A stretch of DNA of 63,911 nt, counting the filler. It is 4 parts of 4 records of this genome, joined end to end, with 100 filler letters (N's around TTAATTAATTAA, not from the genome) between each part and the next. Parts side by side here need not be neighbours in the genome. Positions count along the whole stretch, not along the records: positions 48,483 to 63,911 come from SRR22947725_4268; 3 more parts are not named here. The stretch is one strand, 5' to 3'. The position numbers were made by a program, and so were the translations under genes. Position 1 is the first letter of the stretch. Each line of letters begins with the position of its first letter. Under the pieces are notes generated by a model that had not been told where the DNA came from, made no database searches, and was given only the letters and a program-made list of their open reading frames with translations. Below, piece by piece: positions 52,532-62,295 of the stretch.

Positions 52532-53754
52532 AAAACTCAGACAGTCATCAGTCGATGACACAGCATAAAGCTGATATATTTGCCTTTGATCGCTTGTCCG
52601 TAGTTCAGCCCTTCTGGACAGGATTCGATACGGCTGCAAACCATGTCGGTCTGGATGACAATGTGTTTTTGCATGCAGGTCCTGCCTTTAGTAGCGTTGA
52701 ATCTATATGCAAACCGATACTAAATTCGGCAGCTGTTGGTGCGGTTTTTGAAGGAATAGCAGACAATTTGGATCAGGCCATGAACATGCTCATGGCAGGT
52801 GAGATAGAGCTTCGTCCAGCGCAGGATTATGGTGTGGTCACGCCATTAGCTGGTGTGGTTACACCGCATATGCCACTTCACTATGTTTATGATGGCAATC
52901 ATGGACGCACCGTTTGTCTGACGCCCATAAATGGAGGTAACGGCGCTGCAATGAGACTGGGACAATGTTCTGATGCAGCCGTTGCCCATATGCGGTGGAT
53001 TAATGGCCCCGTGCTTGATTGTCTTGCGGCAGGTTTGGGTGAAGGCTTAGAACTCATCCCGTTTGCTTCGGCTGGATTGGCTGAAGGTGACGACTGTCAT
53101 GGCCGAACCATTGCTGCAACACAGTTTCTGGTCAATGAAATTGATAGTCGAAGCAAAGGTGGTATTGCCAATGAGGAAGTGCGCGCATTTTTGAACCAGT
53201 CGCCAAGTATGTTTTTAAATCTTTGGATGGCTGCATCGAAATGCATCATGATGGCTGCAACTGGCATTGATGGTTCCAGTATGATAACGGCGATGGGAAG
53301 CAATGGCGTCGATGTTGGATTACAGGTTGCTGGCTTGCCTGGTCTTTGGTTTACGGCACCAGCCGCACCTCCAAATGGCCATATTACAGATGGGCTTGAC
53401 GAAACACGAAAGCTAGGTGCAATTGGAGATAGTGCAGTAGTTGAAGCACTTGGCTTGGGCGCAATGAATATCACCCATTCCCCAGAACAAATGAAAGCGC
53501 TTGGAAATTTTCTTCCTGCTGATTTTGCCGACCGGATAACAGCCCTTCGTGGGTGTGAGCATTTCGATTTTACAATGGCAAAGCCTCCAATCGGAATTAC
53601 AGCGCGAAGTGTTCATGACTATGGAGCAGCTATGGTTATTGCACTTGGCATAATCGACAGCAAAGGGGAATTAGGGCGCATTGGCGGGGGTATTTTTGAT
53701 CCGCCAATGGCAGCTTTTAATTCTGCATTATCTGCGTTGGACGATGCAAAATGA
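52528..53754 (+). CDS. DUF1116 (YlbE/YahG-like) protein
   Basis: LHAGP, GAVFEG, GDDCHGRT, FLNLWMAASK, NGVDVGLQVAG, AIGDSAVVEALGLG; ATGA overlap with the Rieske gene. Confidence 0.8.
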   Translation: MKNSDSHQSMTQHKADIFAFDRLSVVQPFWTGFDTAANHVGLDDNVFLHAGPAFSSVESICKPILNSAAVGAVFEGIADNLDQAMNMLMAGEIELRPAQDYGVVTPLAGVVTPHMPLHYVYDGNHGRTVCLTPINGGNGAAMRLGQCSDAAVAHMRWINGPVLDCLAAGLGEGLELIPFASAGLAEGDDCHGRTIAATQFLVNEIDSRSKGGIANEEVRAFLNQSPSMFLNLWMAASKCIMMAATGIDGSSMITAMGSNGVDVGLQVAGLPGLWFTAPAAPPNGHITDGLDETRKLGAIGDSAVVEALGLGAMNITHSPEQMKALGNFLPADFADRITALRGCEHFDFTMAKPPIGITARSVHDYGAAMVIALGIIDSKGELGRIGGGIFDPPMAAFNSALSALDDAK

Positions 53755-55058
53755 GTGATGATGCCAGCAAGATGACAGCTTCACAAATTGCATATGCTGT
53801 TAGATCTGGTTCACGAACAGCCGAGTCAATAATGAGTGATTACCTTGCGCGTATCAGTGCACGTGATACAGAAGTTAAGGCTTTTATAGATTTTGACCCA
53901 GAGCGTGCACTATCGTGCGCGCGTGCGGCTGATAAAATGCCAAAGAAGGGGCCATTGCATGGCGTACCTTATGCGATCAAGGATATCATCGATACGGTTG
54001 ATCTGCCAACTGCATGGGGCAGTCCTATCTATGCAGGTTTTCAGCCAAGGCGTAATGCAAGTTGTGTTGAATTGCTAAATCGTGCGGGTGCTGTTCCATT
54101 AGGCAAAACGGTAACAACAGAATTTGCCTATTTTTCCCCAGGTCCTACCCGAAACCCACATGGACTGAAGCATACGCCAGGTGGGTCATCAAGCGGTTCA
54201 GCCGCCGCGGTGGCTGACGGAATGGCTGCTTTTTCGCTGGGATCGCAAACTGCAGCCTCGCTTACACGTCCGGCTGCTTATTGTGGGGTTTTTGGCTATA
54301 AATCAACACAAGGATCACTGGATGGTAGCGGGGTTATGAGCCTGTCTTCAAGTCTTGACTCATTGGGGTTAATGGCGCGCTCAGTTGATGATCTAATGCT
54401 AACTTTGAATGTGTTACATGCGGAGCCAGATGTGAAACTTGCCGAACCCTTTTCGTCGCCCACACGGATAGGTTTTTTCCGTGGACCTCATTGGCAGGAA
54501 GGTTCGTTGGTTATGCGTGAGGCCTGTGAATTAGCAGCCAAGACGCTTGCACTTAAGGGCATCATTATCGAAGACGTTGATTGTCCAGATGAACTGATCA
54601 ACCTAACCGAACATCACAAGACTGTTATGGCGTTTGAAGTGGCGCGCGCACGGATTTTTGAATATTCACGGCATCACGACCAGTTAAGCCCAGCATTTGC
54701 TGATTTGGTTGAAACTGGACTTAATATAACACGAACTGCATATGAAACAGCTTTGTTAGCGCGTAATCAGGCTGGGCAGACGCTAGCTAGGATATTCCAA
54801 AAATATGATGCTCTAATGACGCCCGCAGCACCGTCATCTGCGCCAGCAGGCATTGCCGCGACTGGTGATCCGCTATTTAGTCGCATGTGGTCTCTTTTGC
54901 GCACGCCTTCCATTTCAATTCCTTATGGCAGTGACGAGGCAAACATGCCTTTGGCTTTTCAGTTGATTGGTGGGTTAGGGCAAGATCAACGCTTGCTGGC
55001 ACATGCACGGGGCATCTCCAGCAAACTTGATATTGAGCCAAGCCTTCCATTAACATAA
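53751..55058 (+). CDS. Amidase (amidase-signature family)
   Basis: GPLHGVPYAIKD, TPGGSSSGSAAAVA, GSQTAASLTRPAAYCG. Confidence 0.93.
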   Translation: MSDDASKMTASQIAYAVRSGSRTAESIMSDYLARISARDTEVKAFIDFDPERALSCARAADKMPKKGPLHGVPYAIKDIIDTVDLPTAWGSPIYAGFQPRRNASCVELLNRAGAVPLGKTVTTEFAYFSPGPTRNPHGLKHTPGGSSSGSAAAVADGMAAFSLGSQTAASLTRPAAYCGVFGYKSTQGSLDGSGVMSLSSSLDSLGLMARSVDDLMLTLNVLHAEPDVKLAEPFSSPTRIGFFRGPHWQEGSLVMREACELAAKTLALKGIIIEDVDCPDELINLTEHHKTVMAFEVARARIFEYSRHHDQLSPAFADLVETGLNITRTAYETALLARNQAGQTLARIFQKYDALMTPAAPSSAPAGIAATGDPLFSRMWSLLRTPSISIPYGSDEANMPLAFQLIGGLGQDQRLLAHARGISSKLDIEPSLPLT

Positions 55059-55061
55059 AGG

Positions 55062-56399
55062 CTATTTTAGATCATATTGCTGGCGTGCAATATCGCCAAG
55101 TCCTGCCCCGTCCAGCTTTGTCAAAGGCGCCAGGAATGTTACTTGAATTACGCCCGGTGCACGACCAATCTCGATAGCGCCATTAATAGTGGCACGATTG
55201 CGAACTTCTGGCACACTCATATCCAGTAATTTACCAGCCCTATCCAAGCCGTTTTCGATAGCTTCATTCATTGTAGCGGCTGTTCCGATTACGGATATCG
55301 GTGCCAATTGTTCAAGGGCGTCCATACCCCATAACTTAGCTAATTTTTCACCTTTTATCTTTTCTGCTTCGGTATAAGGCTTTGCTAATGGTGGCAGGTC
55401 TTCGACCAGTGGGAAAAGTACGGGGCCATCGATAGCGTAATTTTTCAGGACTTCAATTTGAAGCGTTACGCTACCTGAAACATCCATCGTATGTCCTGCA
55501 ATTTCTCCATCACCCTGAGCAGCATGCATATCTCCCATATATACGCCGGCACCTTTTACTTTAACAGGCGCAACAAGAACCGCACCGGGTCTTACAGCAT
55601 CAATATCCATATGTCCATCAGTCTTATGCTTGATCAAATCTTCATGTGATATGGAATAAGCATGAGGGGCACCCACAAGAAAAGCGCCAAAATCACCAGC
55701 ATTATGAGAGTCTGGCATAGCAATTGATGGTGTGGTTCCTAACTGGCCAAGAAAAGGCCGCATTCTTACCATCACGGCGGGCATATCGGCGGGGGCGTAA
55801 TTAAGAATTGAATGCTGTCGGGAGCCATCAGGTAGAGCTGCGAAATGGTCAGCGCGTTCAGCAACCATATTCGCCGCCTTTCTGTTCAGAGTGACGCCTA
55901 CTTCACGTGTGTTATCAAACGTTACGGTATAGCCATGAACAATCTCAAACGGTGTTACAGCATTACCACAATTATCACATTTGACAGAGCTTTGCCCAAC
56001 TCCCTCGATATGTGTTTCAGGCCATACCACATCACAGTTTGGACAACGTGCGGCGACATAAGGATCACCTAGGCAAAAGCCTTCAGGTGAGGAATCATGC
56101 CCCGACGCCGTAGCGATTGACGTGACGGTGATGTCGCGGATGCGAATTATTACCGCATCACCCGGTTCAGAGCCTTCAACAAATACAGGGGTTGTAACTT
56201 CGTGGCCCCCGCGAAGCCGCGGTGTGATCATTGGCCCCCAGCAACCTGGTGCCGTATTAGCAATAATAGTGCCACCACTCTCGATGGGGCCAAGCATAGG
56301 CTGGTCTGGATCAAGCACACTATTGGTAAAGCTTTGGACTACAATACTTCTTTGCTTGTTTTGTATTTTGTGGACATCATCATACATGCGACTCTCCAT
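55062..56399 (-). CDS. Acetamidase/formamidase-family protein with CxxC-CxxC insert
   Basis: TAPGCWGP, HEVTTPVFVEGSEPGD, DGHMDID, GDMHAAQGDGEIAGH. Confidence 0.85.
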   Translation of the reverse strand: MESRMYDDVHKIQNKQRSIVVQSFTNSVLDPDQPMLGPIESGGTIIANTAPGCWGPMITPRLRGGHEVTTPVFVEGSEPGDAVIIRIRDITVTSIATASGHDSSPEGFCLGDPYVAARCPNCDVVWPETHIEGVGQSSVKCDNCGNAVTPFEIVHGYTVTFDNTREVGVTLNRKAANMVAERADHFAALPDGSRQHSILNYAPADMPAVMVRMRPFLGQLGTTPSIAMPDSHNAGDFGAFLVGAPHAYSISHEDLIKHKTDGHMDIDAVRPGAVLVAPVKVKGAGVYMGDMHAAQGDGEIAGHTMDVSGSVTLQIEVLKNYAIDGPVLFPLVEDLPPLAKPYTEAEKIKGEKLAKLWGMDALEQLAPISVIGTAATMNEAIENGLDRAGKLLDMSVPEVRNRATINGAIEIGRAPGVIQVTFLAPLTKLDGAGLGDIARQQYDLK

Positions 56400-56424
56400 A
56401 ATAAACGTTATTTGCAGTTAAATG

Positions 56425-56631
56425 CTAAGTCTGATTATCTTTCCGAACCAGTCTTTTTTGAAATTTTACGGTATGCTTTTGGTAATATATTGGCCATAAA
56501 ATGGCTTCGCTTGTCACGATATCTGGGACAGCCACGATTTCACGAACATCAGCTTACTTGATTTGATCTATTATTTTTGCGCCAGAAGGCTTGAATGACG
56601 TTAAAATTGTAGACTGCGAGTCTACAACCAT
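56425..56631 (-). pseudogene. Probable remnant of a ThDP-dependent decarboxylase alpha subunit (ComD/phosphonopyruvate decarboxylase-like)
   Basis: MVVDSQ...PSGAKIIDQIK*ADVREIVAVPDIVTSEAILWPI with internal TAA at 56554-56556; family resemblance is from memory only. Confidence 0.5.
56607..56627. promoter_or_regulatory. Perfect dyad TTGTAGACT-GCG-AGTCTACAA, GntR/FadR-like operator
   Basis: 9-bp inverted repeat in the divergent formamidase/mgsA spacer. Confidence 0.55.
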
Positions 56632-56783
56632 TTATAGCCCTAAAATTCGAAAATAATTATCTGTTTTGCTTTGTCAAAGCTGGATTTAAACTTTAATAAA
56701 ATGAAAATTTGTTTCTTTAGATTTTATAAAATATGATAATAGTATTATCGTTTAATATTTGTTTAAGTCAATGGATTGAAAAT

Positions 56784-57680
56784 ATGTGTGGTATCGTCGG
56801 CCTTTTTCTAAAAAACAAAGAACTTGAAGCTGATCTTGGCGCCATGCTTACCGATATGTTGGTTACAATGACTGACCGTGGGCCGGACAGTGCTGGCATT
56901 GCGATTTATGGTCAGAACAGTAAAGAACATGGTAAATTGACAATTCAGTCGGATAATCCCGTGGCAGACTTTGCAACATTATCTGCTGATCTTTCAAAAA
57001 CGCTTGGATGCACTGTGTTGTTGGATGCCAAAGACACGCATGCTGTTTTGCATTTGCCTGCCCCATCAATAGCCGCAGCCCGAGAAGAGTTGGCGACAAT
57101 CAATCCGGCCATCCGCATCATGAGCGCGGGCGACAACATCGAAATATATAAGGAGGTTGGCCTGCCGCGTGATGTGGCCAAACGCTTTCAAATTGGCAAA
57201 ATGTCTGGTTCTCATGGTATCGGTCATACGCGCATGGCGACCGAGTCAGCTGTAACAACGATGGGTGCACATCCTTTTTCCACTGGCAGTGACCAATGTC
57301 TTGTTCATAATGGTTCGTTATCCAACCATAACAGCTTGCGTCGCAAACTTATGCGCGAAGGCGTCCATATCGAAACTGAGAATGACAGCGAAGTTGCCGC
57401 AGCCTATCTGACATACAAGATGCAGCAAGGATCAACTCTTGATGAAGCACTGGAAAGCAGTCTTGATGATCTGGACGGCTTTTTCACCTTTGTTGTTGGC
57501 ACCAAAGACGGCTTTGGTGTTGTGCGCGACCCAATCGCGTGTAAACCGGCTGTAATGGCTGAAACTGATCAATATGTGGCCTTTGGTTCAGAATATCGTG
57601 CCTTGGTAAATTTACCATCGATAGACGTAGCGCGTGTTTGGGAACCTGAGCCAGCAACCGTTTATTTTTGGAAACATTGA
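56784..57680 (+). CDS. mgsA: N-methylglutamate synthase subunit A (class II glutamine amidotransferase)
   Basis: MCGIVG N-terminus, RGPDSAG, GHTRMATES, HNGSLSNH; operon context. Confidence 0.85.
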   Translation: MCGIVGLFLKNKELEADLGAMLTDMLVTMTDRGPDSAGIAIYGQNSKEHGKLTIQSDNPVADFATLSADLSKTLGCTVLLDAKDTHAVLHLPAPSIAAAREELATINPAIRIMSAGDNIEIYKEVGLPRDVAKRFQIGKMSGSHGIGHTRMATESAVTTMGAHPFSTGSDQCLVHNGSLSNHNSLRRKLMREGVHIETENDSEVAAAYLTYKMQQGSTLDEALESSLDDLDGFFTFVVGTKDGFGVVRDPIACKPAVMAETDQYVAFGSEYRALVNLPSIDVARVWEPEPATVYFWKH

Positions 57681-57681
57681 A

Positions 57682-58365
57682 ATGCAGATATTTGATCTCG
57701 AAGTCCAAGGCCTGCGCGCTCTTAACGAAACTTTGCATGCACAATCAAATGACACAAACCAGACGCAATGGCAGATTAACAACCCCAAAGGCAGTCATGC
57801 AATCGCTGTTGGTCTCGATGCCCCTATTGAAGTCACAATCAAAGGGTCCACTGGCTATTATTGTGGCGGCATGAACAAACAGGCGACAATAAATGTTAAT
57901 GGCTCGGTGGGGCCCGGCGTTGCCGAAAACATGATGTCAGGCACAGTTATCATTGACGGTGATGCCAGCCAATATGCTGGTGCTACCGGTAATGGCGGCT
58001 TGCTAGTCATAAAGGGAAATGCCTCGTCTCGATGTGGTATTTCGATGAAAGGCATTGATATTGTCGTGCATGGCAATATTGGCCATATGTCTGCATTTAT
58101 GGCGCAATCAGGTAATTTGGTTGTGTTAGGTGATGCTGGTGAGGCTTTGGGCGATTCATTATATGAAGCCCGTCTTTTTGTACGTGGCTCGGTTAAAAGC
58201 CTTGGTGCTGATTGCATCGAAAAGGAAATGCGGCCCGAACATATAGAGATTTTAAAAGACCTGCTTGAAAAGTCTGGGGCCACCTGCGCACCCGAAGAAT
58301 TCAAACGCTATGGCTCTGCCCGCCAACTTTACAATTTCAATATCGACAATGCCTCGGCATATTAG
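57682..58365 (+). CDS. mgsB: N-methylglutamate synthase subunit B (GXGXG beta-helix)
   Basis: GYYCGGMN, GVAENMMSG, GSARQLYNF. Confidence 0.85.
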   Translation: MQIFDLEVQGLRALNETLHAQSNDTNQTQWQINNPKGSHAIAVGLDAPIEVTIKGSTGYYCGGMNKQATINVNGSVGPGVAENMMSGTVIIDGDASQYAGATGNGGLLVIKGNASSRCGISMKGIDIVVHGNIGHMSAFMAQSGNLVVLGDAGEALGDSLYEARLFVRGSVKSLGADCIEKEMRPEHIEILKDLLEKSGATCAPEEFKRYGSARQLYNFNIDNASAY

Positions 58366-58376
58366 GATTTGTTATT

Positions 58377-59717
58377 ATGACTGATAAAAACCCCAATTCG
58401 CCGCCTCGCACAGTGCCAATCAAATCGTCCAACTTTAGCGATGCGGCAAATGCCGAAATAAGACGGGCAGCCGCAACAGGCATTTATGATATTCGGGGCG
58501 GCGGTGCCAAACGCGCTGTTCCGCATTTTGATGATTTACTGTTTCTAGGCGCATCAATTTCACGCTATCCACTCGAAGGATACCGTGAAACCTGTGATAC
58601 TAGTGTGACTTTGGGCACACGGTTTGCCAAAAAGCCGATCCATCTTGATATTCCGATTACAATCGCGGGCATGAGCTTTGGCGCGTTGTCTGGTGGTGCA
58701 AAGGAAGCCTTGGGGCGCGGCGCGTCTGCGGCTGGCACATCAACTACTACGGGTGATGGTGGCATGACTGAAGAAGAACGTGGCCATTCAAAAACACTGA
58801 TCTACCAATATCTTCCCTCACGCTATGGCATGAACCCAGATGATTTGCGTCGCTGTGACGCTATTGAAATTGTTGTGGGTCAAGGCGCCAAGCCTGGCGG
58901 CGGCGGCATGTTGCTTGGCCAAAAAATCAGCGACCGGGTTGCTGAAATGCGTAATCTTCCAAAAGGAATCGACCAACGTTCAGCTTGTCGCCATCCGGAC
59001 TGGACAGGCCCGGATGATCTGGAAATCAAAATTCTTGAATTGCGTGAAATCACCAATTGGGAAAAGCCTATTTATGTAAAAATTGGCGGCGCGCGCCCCT
59101 ATTTTGATGCGACGCTTGCGGTTAAAGCTGGTGCTGATGTCATTGTACTTGACGGTATGCAGGGCGGCACCGCCGCAACACAAGACGTCTTTATTGAACA
59201 TGTTGGCCAGCCTACCCTTGCCTGTATCCGCCCGGCGGTTCAGGCTTTACAGGATATGGGGCTTCATCGCGAAGTCCAGCTTATCATTTCTGGCGGTATT
59301 CGCCACGGTGCCGATGTCGCCAAGGCCTTGGCACTTGGTGCTGATGCTGTATCGATTGGCACTGCCGCGATGATCGCGCTTGGTGACAATGACCCGCAAT
59401 GGGAGTCCGAATATAACGAACTTGGCACCACAGCTGGTGCTTATGATGACTGGCATGAGGGTATGGATCCCGCAGGCATCACCACCCAGGACCCGGCATT
59501 AATGGCACGGTTTGATCCTGCTCTAGGCGGTCGGCGGCTTAGCAATTATCTAAAAGTCATGACTTTGGAAGCCCAAACAATTGCGCGTGCCTGTGGAAAA
59601 AGCCACGTTCATAATCTGGAACCTGAAGATTTATGTGCGTTGACTATTGAGGCTTCCGCTATGACGGGCGTACCTTTGGCAGGTACAAACTGGGTTCCAG
59701 GCAAAGGCAGTTTTTAA
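58377..59717 (+). CDS. mgsC: N-methylglutamate synthase subunit C (FMN-binding glutamate synthase domain)
   Basis: SRYPLEGYRE, GMSFGALS, GQGAKPGGGG, RHPDWTGPDDL. Confidence 0.87.
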   Translation: MTDKNPNSPPRTVPIKSSNFSDAANAEIRRAAATGIYDIRGGGAKRAVPHFDDLLFLGASISRYPLEGYRETCDTSVTLGTRFAKKPIHLDIPITIAGMSFGALSGGAKEALGRGASAAGTSTTTGDGGMTEEERGHSKTLIYQYLPSRYGMNPDDLRRCDAIEIVVGQGAKPGGGGMLLGQKISDRVAEMRNLPKGIDQRSACRHPDWTGPDDLEIKILELREITNWEKPIYVKIGGARPYFDATLAVKAGADVIVLDGMQGGTAATQDVFIEHVGQPTLACIRPAVQALQDMGLHREVQLIISGGIRHGADVAKALALGADAVSIGTAAMIALGDNDPQWESEYNELGTTAGAYDDWHEGMDPAGITTQDPALMARFDPALGGRRLSNYLKVMTLEAQTIARACGKSHVHNLEPEDLCALTIEASAMTGVPLAGTNWVPGKGSF

Positions 59718-59770
59718 ATTCGGCGCGTTTAATAGTAGCGCGATACAGACAAAAGAGAGGAAACAATATA

Positions 59771-61078
59771 ATGGCAATCGATCTTTCTGCCTTTGCACAG
59801 GAAAAAGGCGTCAAATACTTCATGATCTCTTTCACCGATCTGTTTGGTGGGCAGCGCGCCAAGCTGGTACCAGCACAGGCGATTGCTGATATGCAGAAAG
59901 ATGGTGCGGGCTTTGCTGGTTTTGCGACATGGCTCGATATGACGCCAGCACACCCTGATATGCTTGCTGTTCCTGATCCAGCTTCGGTTATACAGCTTCC
60001 ATGGAAGCCCGAGGTAGCGTGGGTTGCTGGTAATTGTGTTATGGAAGACGCGTTTGTTGATCAGGCGCCTCGCAACGTATTGAACCGACTTGTTGACGAA
60101 GCTGTTGCTGAAGGTATGCATGTAAAAACGGGGGTTGAAGCTGAATTTTTTCTGCTTACGCCCGATGGATCACAGATTTCAGACGAATTCGATACGGCTT
60201 CTAAACCTTGCTATGATCAGCAAGCAGTCATGCGCCGGTATGATGTGATTGCTGAAATTTGTGATTATATGCTTGAGCTTGGCTGGGGCCCTTATCAGAA
60301 CGATCATGAGGACGCGAATGGCCAATTTGAAATGAATTGGGAATTTGATGACGCATTAAACACCGCCGATAAGCACAGCTTTTTCAAATTCATGACCAAA
60401 TCAGTTGCCGAAAAACACGGATATCGTGCGACTTTCATGCCAAAACCTGTCGAAGGTCTGACAGGCAATGGCTGTCACGCACATATCTCAGTCTGGGATA
60501 AGTCAGGCAAGACCAATATATTTGCAGATAATAACAAAGAACTTGGTCTATCTGATAAAGGACGCAGTTTCCTTGGTGGCATAATGAAACATGCCAGTGC
60601 TCTTGCGGCCATCACTAACCCTACTGTTAACAGTTACAAGCGCATCAACGCACCGCGCACTGTGTCTGGTGCCACATGGGCACCCAACACAGTGACATGG
60701 ACAGGTAATAATCGCACGCATATGGTCAGGGTACCAGGGCCAGGTCGCTTTGAACTTCGCTTGCCTGATGGCGCCGCTAATCCGTATCTATTACAGGCAG
60801 TTATCATTGCTGCTGGTCTTGATGGTATTCGCACAGCTGCAGATCCGGGTAAGCGCTGGGACATCGACATGTATGCTGAAGGGCATAAGGTCACGGGCGC
60901 GCCAAAACTACCCCTTAACCTGCTTGATGCGATACGTGCCTATGATAAGGATAAAGGCCTTAAATCAGCTATGGGCGATGAATTCTCATCGGCCTATATA
61001 AAAATGAAAATGCAGGAATGGAACGCCTATGTTTCGCATTTTTCAAGTTGGGAAAAAGAAAACACGTTAGATGTTTAA
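59771..61078 (+). CDS. gmaS: Gamma-glutamylmethylamide synthetase (GlnT-like)
   Basis: RAKLVPA, GAGFAGFA, KPCYDQ, YQNDHEDANGQFEMN, SGATWAP; adjacent to mgsABC. Confidence 0.88.
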   Translation: MAIDLSAFAQEKGVKYFMISFTDLFGGQRAKLVPAQAIADMQKDGAGFAGFATWLDMTPAHPDMLAVPDPASVIQLPWKPEVAWVAGNCVMEDAFVDQAPRNVLNRLVDEAVAEGMHVKTGVEAEFFLLTPDGSQISDEFDTASKPCYDQQAVMRRYDVIAEICDYMLELGWGPYQNDHEDANGQFEMNWEFDDALNTADKHSFFKFMTKSVAEKHGYRATFMPKPVEGLTGNGCHAHISVWDKSGKTNIFADNNKELGLSDKGRSFLGGIMKHASALAAITNPTVNSYKRINAPRTVSGATWAPNTVTWTGNNRTHMVRVPGPGRFELRLPDGAANPYLLQAVIIAAGLDGIRTAADPGKRWDIDMYAEGHKVTGAPKLPLNLLDAIRAYDKDKGLKSAMGDEFSSAYIKMKMQEWNAYVSHFSSWEKENTLDV

Positions 61079-61120
61079 TCTAATTCTGTTTATACATTTT
61101 TATTACCGAACGAGGATCAC

Positions 61121-61747
61121 GTGCCAGCCAATTTGAATCAAGATCCGCATAGACTCAAGGATGAACGAGAAAAAATACTAGAGCTGGCAATTGGCCGCGA
61201 AGTGCGGGCGCATAGGAAACAACAGAATATAACTGTTTCTGAACTTGCGCACCTAACTGGTATCTCGATCGGTATGGTATCAAAGATCGAAAATGGCAAT
61301 ACCTCGCCCTCGCTATCGACTCTGCAAACCTTATCGAATGCACTAGGCGTCACCTTGACCTCATTTTTCCGGCGCTTTGAAGAAAGCCGCACAGCGATTC
61401 ATACAAAAGCAGGTGAAGGGGTTGAGATGGAACGTGCAGGCACGCGGGCTGGCCATCAATATAACCTTCTTGGGCATATAGGCTCGAATGCTAGCGGTGT
61501 CATGGTCGAACCCTATCTAATCACCTTGAATGAGGAATCAGACATATTCCCAACCTTTCAGCATGAGGGCGTGGAAATGCTATACATGCTTGAAGGTGAA
61601 GTCAGCTACCGGCATGGTGACAACCTTTATGCACTCAAACCGGGAGATACATTGTTTTTTGATGCTGACGCACCGCACGGCCCCGAAATCCTGAATATTT
61701 TGCCAGCACGCTATCTGTCAGTCATTTCATACCCGCAATCCACCTAA
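61121..61747 (+). CDS. XRE-family HTH plus cupin regulator
   Basis: SKIENGNTSPSLSTL, FQHEGVE, FDADAPHGP. Confidence 0.9.
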   Translation: MPANLNQDPHRLKDEREKILELAIGREVRAHRKQQNITVSELAHLTGISIGMVSKIENGNTSPSLSTLQTLSNALGVTLTSFFRRFEESRTAIHTKAGEGVEMERAGTRAGHQYNLLGHIGSNASGVMVEPYLITLNEESDIFPTFQHEGVEMLYMLEGEVSYRHGDNLYALKPGDTLFFDADAPHGPEILNILPARYLSVISYPQST

Positions 61748-61815
61748 TATTAGTAGTAATTTATTCATTAGTGTTAGCATTTATAATTTTCACTTAACCA
61801 CAGCAGGTTAAAACA

Positions 61816-62073
61816 ATGCGGTTAATAGCTGTTCCAACACTAGTAATCCTAACATTTTTGAGCGCATGTGCTTTCCAAGACCGGTCACTTCTAACAAAGG
61901 CAGGAGACGAATTGCTGGATTGTGCCGCTTTACAGGCTGAAATGGATTTTGCATCAAACCTAGGTGAGGATGCTCCCGCACGTCGCCGTCATATCAAAGC
62001 TTTGCAAGAACAAAAACAGTGCATATCTAAGCCAAAGGTTTCAGTGTCATTTGGTTTTTCAAAGATCTTTTAA
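61816..62073 (+). CDS. Small lipoprotein
   Basis: Signal peptide with lipobox LSAC. Confidence 0.7.
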   Translation: MRLIAVPTLVILTFLSACAFQDRSLLTKAGDELLDCAALQAEMDFASNLGEDAPARRRHIKALQEQKQCISKPKVSVSFGFSKIF

Positions 62074-62295
62074 TTTGTTGATAATGAGTCTGAAAAGCTA
62101 AGCGGTTTATTGGCTCAGATTATTGTGATGTTTTATAATTCCTCACTGGCTGGCGGCAAATATGCCCTTCAACAACATGAACCCCTGATTAAGAGACACC
62201 TAAATACCAATCTTCAAAACAAATAGAATATTACAAACAATTTAAATTGAAATTATGTTGGTGAATTATTCTACGAAGCAACCAACATATTTACT

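Noticed and set aside
56784-61078. Calling these genes ordinary glutamate synthase and glutamine synthetase
   Set aside because: The split three-subunit layout next to a GlnT-type enzyme matches the known mgsABC-gmaS methylamine pathway, which is itself not novel.
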